A stretch of DNA of 64,000 bases from a virus (Duplodnaviria; Caudoviricetes), in the IMG/VR virus record IMGVR_UViG_3300047157_000186. One strand, given 5' to 3'. The notes below the pieces were generated by a model that made no database searches, was not told where the DNA came from, and saw only the letters and a program-made list of their open reading frames with translations. Both the position numbers and the translations under genes were made by a program. Positions 9,520 to 19,300 of this stretch are shown piece by piece. Position 1 is the first letter of the stretch. Each line of letters opens with the position of its first letter.

Positions 9520-12500
9520 ATGAATACTAATAACTCTATTTCTAATTCGCTCAAGAAACTACTTGAAATTAATTCAAATTCTTTAAAGACATTTGAAAGA
9601 ATCAATGAGGCGATAACTACAGATCAAAAGGATGTACCTCTTGAATTGCTAACTGAAGACGGAACTAAAACTGTTTATGTGCCTTCCTTTGGTTACATGA
9701 AAAGAGAATTAGAAAGATTAGATGTTAATTTAAAATCTTTAGCAGGTTTAGGAAAAGGAAATACTAGGATTAAATTACCAGACGGTACTTACCAAAGTAT
9801 TATTACAACACGATTAAAAACTCCTGCAAATGACATAACTAGTTTTGTTAGACCAGTTAATTTTGGTACAAAACCTAACTATTTCTTTGAAGACTTTTTA
9901 AATCCTTTACTTACAACTAGTATTAATGTTAGTGGACAAATTCCAAATGAAACTGAAAGAGTTTTAGTAAAACGAATTTTATTTGATTCTACAAGTGCAG
10001 TCACTGTTGAATATTTTAACACTAATTTTAAAAACAAAGAAAACCTAGATTATAATACTGTAATTAGAGATATTGCAAATAATAGTTTAACATACATACT
10101 AGATGAAGATACTCGTGATCTTCCATATAGAACTGCACAATTTACTGGTAAATTTGATGTATTAAAAATTAGTAATTCTAAAAGAGAAGTTTTAGTCGAT
10201 GGCGTTACTAAAAAGAAAGCTATAAAATTATACACTATAGATTCTTTAACATATTCTGATTCTAATAAAGATCTAAAAGATACTGAAGCACTTAAGGTTG
10301 GAGATGAATTAATGGTTCAAAGCGGTGCTAGAAATACTAGATATAAAATAACTAGAATCGATGGTTCGGCTAATCAGGTTGAATTATTAATAGTAGAAGG
10401 ATATGAATCTATTAAGATCGGAGCCAATCAACTGGGCATATATAAAAACGATGAGGCCAACTTAAGCATAGATATTAATGTAGGATTTAATGAAAGAGCA
10501 TTAGTTTTTGTTAAAGCTATAGATTCAGATTCTAAAATATTGGCAGAAAATTGGTCACCTGGTATTGGATTTTATTCAAACGAATTAACATTAATCCAAG
10601 CTGATGGGTCATCAATTAGATTAGATGATTATTACAAAGCAGAAGTTGCTGATTTTGGGAAATATATTACAGCACTTAAAGAAGATGCTATCCCTCCAGC
10701 AGCACAAGGTATTACACCTGATGCTCCTTCTTTAAACAATAACAACTTTAAAGTAGTTCAAATTAATTCTCATTTGACGGCTAACGATACTGCTGATAAA
10801 ATTAAGAAGCTATCTGCTGATAAAATTAATGTAGAAGAGAAGATTAAGAAATTAGATGAAACTATAGTTAAAAAACGTTCTGAAATTTCTACTAAAAAAT
10901 ATGAATCTTCGATACAACAAGATAAAGATAAAAATGAATTAAACTCACTTATTACAGAGAGAACAAGTGAAACTAGTTTATACAATAGTATTGTAAATCA
11001 AATTCAATCATTAGCTTCTGGAAGCAATGCACCAAAAATTGCCCCTAAGTATAGGGTTAGAGGATTCTGGGAAATTCCAGTGGCAAAGAAAGTTGCTGAT
11101 ACATTAGATCAAAACATTGTTAGATTTGTTGTACAATATAGATACTTGTCAACTAGCGGAAAAGCAAGTGAAGTTACTCAACTACCGTTTACTGATGGAA
11201 CAAGAGAAAAAACAGCAGTCTTTTCTAACTGGAATGAAATGGAAACTAAAGTTAGATCTAGATATAGAAACTCGATCACTAGAAAATTTGAGTGGAAAGA
11301 TAGTTTAGTAGAGGATGCACAAGAGGTAAACTTTAACCAACTAGATCTTGCAATTAACGAAGGTGAATTAGTTGAAATTAGAGTTAAATCAGTATCTGAA
11401 GCTGGATATCCTGCAAACCCAATATATTCTGATTGGTCAGAATCAATTACAATTGATTTTCCTATTACAGAAATCGATACTACTAATGTTGACGCATTGT
11501 TAATGTCAAATGCGGCTGAAACAGCATCCGTTAAAATATCACAAGAACTTACCTCTAAAGGTGTGTTTACACATATTGATGATTCATTTAGTGCTAACGA
11601 AAAATATTATGCACATAACGCAACATCAATTGCATCAGGATTCTTATCAGCTGAACAAAAACCAATCTCAGTATATGATAAAATTGCTGAGTTAGAATTA
11701 CAAATTTCAGAGCTTAAGGGTACGGTAGAAGTTGAAATAGGTGAATTAGTTGTTAAAATAATGGATGAGGACGGTACAATTACCGTTATTAACAATGACA
11801 CCAAAAACCAAATATTTGCTGGTTATTATACAGATGAGGTTGCAAGTCTTACTGTTAAAAAAGGTCACATTGTTACAAAGACGTTTAAACTTCTATTAGA
11901 AAACACAAAAGCTACTAAACTTGAATTAGTTTCAAGATTAGTTGGAGATAGAAACTTACCAGCATATAGATCTAGTGCATCAGGTACTAGTATTGCTGAT
12001 AATGGGTTTGGTGTAAAATTAAATGATTTAGGAGTTGCTGACACCGATAATAAAATTTCGTCAGACAATTATTACACATCTGAAGGTAAATACGATTTAG
12101 TTCCTATTCAGTTTCAAAATATAAGTACATCTTCTATTAATTCTTATGATTTATTAGCTGAAGCACCGTATCAATCAGCACAAAGACGTGGTCAATTTGT
12201 TTATTCTAGATTTATGGATGTTTCAAATCAAAATCCGCTATATGTTACTGAATCATTACTTGGTAGTGGGTCGGTAGATTTTAATAGTTATGAATATGGT
12301 TTAGGGTATGCTATTTTTGAAGGTGATTCAAGTGCAATTAACATTAAAGCATCAACAGGTAACGGTGATTCGGTAGATTTCATATGGACTGGAACGTTCG
12401 GTACACATGGTAATTCTACAAATGCAGACTTAAGTGGAGGTTTTCAATCTGACAAAATAGATGTATGTAGTGTTGGAACTATAGGTGCTGCGAATTATAA

Positions 12501-13236
12501 TAATGGTTTATATCTTCACAAGGATCATCCTGATTTAGAGAACATATATTCATCATATGTTGAAGCTGTGCCTAATTCAAGTAGTGTTTCAGACGCGGAT
12601 CAAAAAGATAATTTACAAGATGTTGTAGATAATGCACTTTATACAATGCCGATTCCTTCTACATATGCAACTGGAACAACGTTTGTTTATAACAATCCAT
12701 TAATAGGAAATAGCTTTTCATCTCCACTGGTGGATGCAGTTAAAGCTACAAAACAATTAGCGTTTCAAAAAACTGATAATAATTTCATCAAATCGGGCGA
12801 CAGAACATTTAAAATGTCATTTGATGCAAATGACCAATTTCTTTTAGGTGGACGCTCATGTGGTGCATTCTTATTTTTATCGCCTATTAATTTAGATACT
12901 TTAAAAGTTGAAGGTGATGCTAAACAAAGTAGAAAAAGTATTAAAAAGAAAGTCGGTACTTTAGACAGTTCTAGCGCTCTTTCAGTTGATATTATATTCC
13001 AATATAGAATGACTGATTATTTTGGTAACGATCCTGATTCTGATATCGGTAGAGTAGGTGGTCAAGCTAAATTAAGATTCCCAAATCTTACATACACTAA
13101 GAAAATAGGATTAGATATTTTTGACAAATATGATCAACAATTCTCATTTGATTTAGAAGTGTTTGCTAAATATAGAGCTAAAGGTAAAAACTTAAATTCT
13201 ATTAGAGCTGCGAAGCTAACTAGATTCGCTAGATAA
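9520..13236 (+). CDS. Large hypothetical virion protein with coiled coil and FN3/Ig-like segment
   Basis: 1238 aa; heptad region near 10.8-11.0 kb; YRVRGFWEIP...EIRVKSVSEAGYP is FN3-like. Confidence 0.5.
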   Translation: MNTNNSISNSLKKLLEINSNSLKTFERINEAITTDQKDVPLELLTEDGTKTVYVPSFGYMKRELERLDVNLKSLAGLGKGNTRIKLPDGTYQSIITTRLKTPANDITSFVRPVNFGTKPNYFFEDFLNPLLTTSINVSGQIPNETERVLVKRILFDSTSAVTVEYFNTNFKNKENLDYNTVIRDIANNSLTYILDEDTRDLPYRTAQFTGKFDVLKISNSKREVLVDGVTKKKAIKLYTIDSLTYSDSNKDLKDTEALKVGDELMVQSGARNTRYKITRIDGSANQVELLIVEGYESIKIGANQLGIYKNDEANLSIDINVGFNERALVFVKAIDSDSKILAENWSPGIGFYSNELTLIQADGSSIRLDDYYKAEVADFGKYITALKEDAIPPAAQGITPDAPSLNNNNFKVVQINSHLTANDTADKIKKLSADKINVEEKIKKLDETIVKKRSEISTKKYESSIQQDKDKNELNSLITERTSETSLYNSIVNQIQSLASGSNAPKIAPKYRVRGFWEIPVAKKVADTLDQNIVRFVVQYRYLSTSGKASEVTQLPFTDGTREKTAVFSNWNEMETKVRSRYRNSITRKFEWKDSLVEDAQEVNFNQLDLAINEGELVEIRVKSVSEAGYPANPIYSDWSESITIDFPITEIDTTNVDALLMSNAAETASVKISQELTSKGVFTHIDDSFSANEKYYAHNATSIASGFLSAEQKPISVYDKIAELELQISELKGTVEVEIGELVVKIMDEDGTITVINNDTKNQIFAGYYTDEVASLTVKKGHIVTKTFKLLLENTKATKLELVSRLVGDRNLPAYRSSASGTSIADNGFGVKLNDLGVADTDNKISSDNYYTSEGKYDLVPIQFQNISTSSINSYDLLAEAPYQSAQRRGQFVYSRFMDVSNQNPLYVTESLLGSGSVDFNSYEYGLGYAIFEGDSSAINIKASTGNGDSVDFIWTGTFGTHGNSTNADLSGGFQSDKIDVCSVGTIGAANYNNGLYLHKDHPDLENIYSSYVEAVPNSSSVSDADQKDNLQDVVDNALYTMPIPSTYATGTTFVYNNPLIGNSFSSPLVDAVKATKQLAFQKTDNNFIKSGDRTFKMSFDANDQFLLGGRSCGAFLFLSPINLDTLKVEGDAKQSRKSIKKKVGTLDSSSALSVDIIFQYRMTDYFGNDPDSDIGRVGGQAKLRFPNLTYTKKIGLDIFDKYDQQFSFDLEVFAKYRAKGKNLNSIRAAKLTRFAR

Positions 13237-13261
13237 ACCACAACATACGATAGTCTATAAT
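13234..13261 (+). promoter_or_regulatory. Bipartite promoter TAAAC-N17-TATAAT
   Basis: Same spacing as the other copies of this motif in the window; intergenic upstream of 13317. Confidence 0.45.
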
Positions 13262-13268
13262 AAATCTG

Positions 13269-13279
13269 GATATATAATA
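13269..13279 (+). promoter_or_regulatory. Late-type promoter motif GATATATAATA
   Basis: Intergenic, upstream of the 2691-aa gene; the exact 11-mer recurs at 21329, 27579, 28720, 33164, 41747 and 42880. Confidence 0.55.
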
Positions 13280-13316
13280 CAGACAAAAGTATTGTATGCA
13301 AAAAAGATTTTAATAG

Positions 13317-16300
13317 ATGTCACAAATTACATTAAGAAATTCTAATACGGGAGCAGATCCAGCCAATGGAGCTAATAGTTTATGTTTTAGTGGCCTAGAT
13401 GGTATATTAGATTTATATTACACTGGTACATTAACTGCAAATGGTGGAAGTTCAGCCACAGGAACAATATTAAATACCGATAGTGCTAACCCCACTCCAT
13501 GGGATGGACAGAATAAATTGTACATTGATGAGTTAGGTTGTAATATATTAAGAATATCCAGTGCCGGTGAAGTAATGGAGTTATTTTCAAATGACACGGG
13601 TACAGGTGTGCCAGTGTGTACTCCTGTAATTACTGTAACAGGTCCTAATCTTATTGATGATCACTTAGAAGGTACAGTATATACTGACCAAGGTGCTACT
13701 TTAGAGGAAGAGTGCCCATCTGGTGGTAGTATAACGGTAACAGGTGTACCCGATGGCATGACAGTTGGAAATTATACTATAACATATACATATCCTAACG
13801 CAGTAGATAAAATTAGAACTGTAAATGTGGTTCCAGCTCCGACACCAGTTCCACCAACAGCAACGCCTGTGCCAACACCCGTGCCAGATACAACGCCTCC
13901 GGTAATATCGCTTACTGGAAATGCTATAATAACTATCGAGGTAGATCCATCTTTTACAGGTCCATATATTGAAGATGGTGCTACGGCATTGGATGATGTA
14001 GATAATGACATTTCATCGCTCATAGTAATTGGAAATTTAAATAATGTAGATCCAACTAACGTTGGCGTTTACACGATTACATATAATGTTAGTGATACCG
14101 CAGGAAATCCCGCAGTTGAAGTTACTAGAGAAATTCAAGTTGTAGATACTACAATACCTGTAATTGTACTTCAAGGGGATAATCCTTTAAACATTAATAT
14201 TGGTGCTGCATATAGTGAACCTGGTTTCGCCGCAACTGATAATTATGACGACAATGCAACTCTTACTGGTGCTGTAGTTGTAGGAGGTGATACTGTGGAT
14301 AACTCAACAGTTGGTCAATATAATATAACATATAATGTAACTGATTCAAGTAATAATAATGCAGTAGAGGTAATTCGCGTTGTTAATGTAAACGACACTT
14401 CAGCTCCAATTCCAGAAAACGAGACATATGATGTGGCTTGGAATGCAACGCTCGCTATTATATTAGAAGCTTCAGATAACGTAGATTCTTCTGGTAGTTT
14501 AACATATACTATAGTAGATCAGCCAACTAAGGGACAATTAAATGCAGATGGAGGTGATCTCTTTACATATACTCACACTGCAACAGTATACGGACAAGAT
14601 TCTTTTACTTTTACAGCGACTGATTCAGAAGGGAACGTTTCTCTTCCTGGCACAATAACAATAAATCCAATAAACAGTGCACCTGTTTTAACAGATCCTG
14701 GATCAATACAATTACAACAAAATTCAAGCGTTGTATTTAATGTTGGTATACAGGATGCTGATGGCGACGCAATAACAATTATTGAAGATACTGCTGTTTC
14801 AAATGGTACAATTCAACTTATACAAACGTCTAGCAACTTAGAGGTAACATATACACCTAATCTTGGTCATTTTGGTGGAGACACATGGGTCATCATAGGT
14901 GAGGATAGTAAATCAGAGCAATCAATTCCACTAACTATTAACTTTGCTATTGAGGCCGTTCCGTATTTTGAAATGGATGCTTCATCATTTGGTAGTGATC
15001 CAGATGCCATGTGTATTGCACCTAAAACTACAAATGTTTACGGTGGAACAACATACGCAAATAATGTTAGTGAATTATCAATAGGTGATACGGTTTATTA
15101 TGATCAAAATTTAACTAATAAAGTTACAAGACCTAGTAATACTGCAATATACATAAAGGTTTCTGATTCTAGTAAAACCAGAGTATTAGGTATTAATGCC
15201 AATGGAGCAATTACAAGTATTAAAGAATGTGAAAGTAATGCTAATTCTGTATTTACACCAGTTAGATATGCAAGTAGTGAAAACGCATTCTGTGATAATG
15301 ATGTACAAATCACAAATCTTTGGTATAATGATGATGGAAGTGGTTCAAAAACTTTACTTGAATTAGTAAACGGTTTTGTAAATGTATTTTCTAACGAATA
15401 TGACTCAGATTTATTTACTGTTACTAATACAGTACAGAGTTCTATAGAAAGCGGAGTTTATGGAGATGTAGATATTACTTTGAATAAATTTTATAAAAGA
15501 TCATCTATTAATACATGGGGAGAAAACAATGAGGCAAACTCAGGTGGGTTTGATTTTGAGTGTGAGGAAGAAGTGCCACAGGAAACGTTTCCAATAACTG
15601 TTCAGTATTTACCAAACTTTGAGGATCCAAATTTAAATGAATTTTGTGCGGGTCAAATTGATAATGAACTCACAAATGTTACTCTATGGTTTAGTAGAGA
15701 TTTAGGTGCGTCAGCAATTAGTAACTTGTTAGAATTAGCACAGTCAAATATTGCCATATACAAATCTCAATTAGGTGCACAATCACAAGATCCTTTAGAT
15801 TTATTTGAATCTAACATATTTGCACAAGGTGGTGACGGACATTTAGCGTGGGATAATCTTGGTGATGGTAAAAATTTAAATTGGTATGGATATGATATTA
15901 ATAATAGGCTAGTTGTTGGAACTGATATTGTAAGTTGGGGCTCGTGTTCAACATATAATGATAGACCTGAGATTAATGGTCTAAATGATATAACAAGTGG
16001 TAATAATGATGTAAATATGTTTTACGCATTCTACTCTTATATGCCTGAAATAGAAGGACCCGAAGGTAGTGATCAAAATGATTCAGAAGATATATTTTGG
16101 CCAATATATGTAATAGATGGTCTACATACGATTAGTTCAGGAGACACTGGTAGTTATATAAAAGATTTTATAGATAATTTAACGATAGGAAATGTAGTTA
16201 CATCTAATAACACTGGAGAATGTTTGGCATATGTTTCTAATATTGTAGCCGAAGACATAGATGATGCTGTATTATTACTAAAAAATAATTTATTAGATTC

Positions 16301-19300
16301 TAGGCAAAGGCCAGTTGTTTCTAGTGGAATTCAACTAGGTTTTGCTAGTGAAGAGGTTATTAAGGTTTATGAAGATTCCGAAGCTACTAAATGTGTTCTC
16401 GGTAATGAAGCTGAAATTATTAGTACATACACGTTCCCGTTTGTTAGTGATTATGATTCTGTTAAAGCAGGTCCAAATTTTAACACAGAAACTAATTACA
16501 AGTTAGATAATGTCGCCAAGCCTTTATTAAGAACTAATCCTAAATTATCTGGAAATATAAAAATAGTTACAGATTCTAGCGGTACAGTATATTTAGAGAG
16601 TATAAATGCAAGTGAAAAACTAGCAGGAATAAAGTACAAAAAACATCCTATTAATCCAAATGGAAATTACGCTAAAGATGTGGCTTCTTTTTTTAGAGCC
16701 ACTGGAACTCCATCTGATTTAATTTATTTAACTAAAAGGGCTAATTCTGATTTAACGGTTCATGATTCTTATAATAAACAAGTAGAAGAGGAATATCAAT
16801 ATGGAACAACTTATAATTATTCTAAAAATTATGATGAAGGCTATAAAATGTTTGCACCTATATGGGCAGATAACAATATGCCAAATAATTTTGTAATATT
16901 TAAAGTAAAAGATCCTAGTCTATTGGATTCTACTCATACAAATAGTAGTAATGCTGAAAGAATTTCCAGTATGTTGAAAAATGCTGAGATAATTAAATCA
17001 TTTGATTTATCAAAAGAATCAGATTTAGGAAAATATATCAGAACTCATGTACAACAGGAAACTTTCCCTAAAGCACCTTTAACTGTTTCGTTTAATAAAA
17101 ATGAAAATACTAATTACAACGGTATAGATTTAAAATCGGGTGAATTAACAAGTAAGGGCGAATATATTTACAAGGATTTTGTAGAAACTGACAAACCTCT
17201 TATTGAGGCTAATGATTTTATAACTGATGGTTTTAAAAGAAACGACATGTTATGTGCCAATTTATTGAATTTAGAATTCTTATTCGATGATGATAGTGGA
17301 GCAGATTATAGTGTTAGTAGATATTTTGGATTATATGTTGACACAATAGATTCGGGTGTAGGTGAGATTAGTTCTATTAATAATAACAATGTAATTACTT
17401 TTGGTAAAATTGATTCATTAGTTGATAGTACAAATCCAGTTACGGCAATCCCTAGTTATAAACAAATGTCTACATCACCAACTTTAGGTTACGTGAAGAT
17501 AAATGATATTTTCTATAAGATATCAAACACTGGTCTTTATGATCCATTTAAGTTAGAGGTTAAAGTAGACGGTGATAATGAAATTATATCAAATACTATA
17601 GGTATTTCACATGTTGGTAGATCTGTCAATTTAACCAGAAATGAAGATCAAGGTTTTGATTTTGTTAAAATGACAATAATAGGAACACCTGATGGTGCTG
17701 ATAAAATAGCGGTATTAGAATCAAGAGAAGAATCATACAAGTTTACGTTTGTTAAACACACACCTGGAGAACTAATTAATATTGAAATAGAAGACAATGG
17801 TGTGATATCTAATTTGTTTAATAATGATGTACAATTAGGTGTTGATTTTGAGACTACTGCAGCTAACATTATAACTACACCAAAAGATGCAAACTTAAAT
17901 ATTACATTTGATTATAATACTAAATCTGTAATTATAACCGAAATCAAAACAAATTTAGGTGATCTTAACATGAGAATCACGGGTGCTATTAGTTCTATTG
18001 TTAGGGTTGATCAACTTCAGTCTAATGTTAATTTACAAGACAGAACATATGTTTCTAATTACACATTACCAAAGGGTACTTATAAAGGACAGCAGTTTTC
18101 TAATCAAGGGACTACAGGTGATATAGCATCCGCGTTGGCATCTGCAATACATGATGATGATAGTGAATTAGATTCGTATAACGTAGGTTCAGACATTTTT
18201 GTAAAAACAAAGATACCTGGTTATAGATTAAATCAACATGTTATATTGGTTAACAAAGAGAACGTTACTGATTTTATCAAAGTAGAAAATGAAGATTTAA
18301 ATAATATACTAAATCTTAAAGAAAGTAGTAATTCTATAAAAGAAAATTGGAGATCTCATTATTTAAGTGGTGGTAACACACGTAATAGATCAGTGTTTGT
18401 TGATAATACTACTTTAAGTGAAATATCTACCGGAGATTATTTAGAAACCAATTATGAGGGTATTTACAATAAGGTATTAGATATTGTTGAAGATATTGAT
18501 TCTATTGATTCTACTAAATCTAAAATAATATTATCTTTAGATTCAGATATTAATGATGGAGAAACAAGAGTTTTTAATAATAATATAGTACATGTTGGTT
18601 TATTCTCAGCATATAATCTATATGATATGGATTTTGATTTTTATGACACTTCAAATTCTGATCTAAAAGAGTTATCTTTAGAAACTAGAGAGAATATAAA
18701 TTACGAACCATATGAAAATGCTATATTAAACATAGATCCAATTACTTCTGAGTTTAATTCAGTATTAGCTGCGAGTGACATATTTGATGATAATTATGCA
18801 TTAGAGCCGATTGATTATTTTTCTAATTTATCCGGAATATTATCTGAAGAAACTATAGATGAAGAGTTATCTGAAAATATTACAAGTGAATTTGATAGAC
18901 TAAAAGAAAACGAGTTAAAAGAATTTGCTACTAAATCTAGAGTAGTTCCTAATATTAACAAATGGGTTTTAAAAGATTCATTAAATATTAAAGAACAGCC
19001 ATATTATTTGAATATTAATGAAGCCTTTGGTAGAACTAATTTCTCCCCTGATTTAAGTGCGGTCGGTCGTAGTAAAAACGATATGACACATGAATGGTTT
19101 TATATGGATAAAAATCCAAAGTATTTAAGATATGATGAATTAAACCAAGGATTTTCATATGTAAACTTCATTGAAGATTTTGAATTAACATCTGATTTAT
19201 TTAAAAGTACTAAAAACAATTACTTTGATAAATTTATGATTTCTGAAGGATTTGAAAAAAATCTAAATAAAGAAGATCTCGATTCTATATTTCAAAAATT

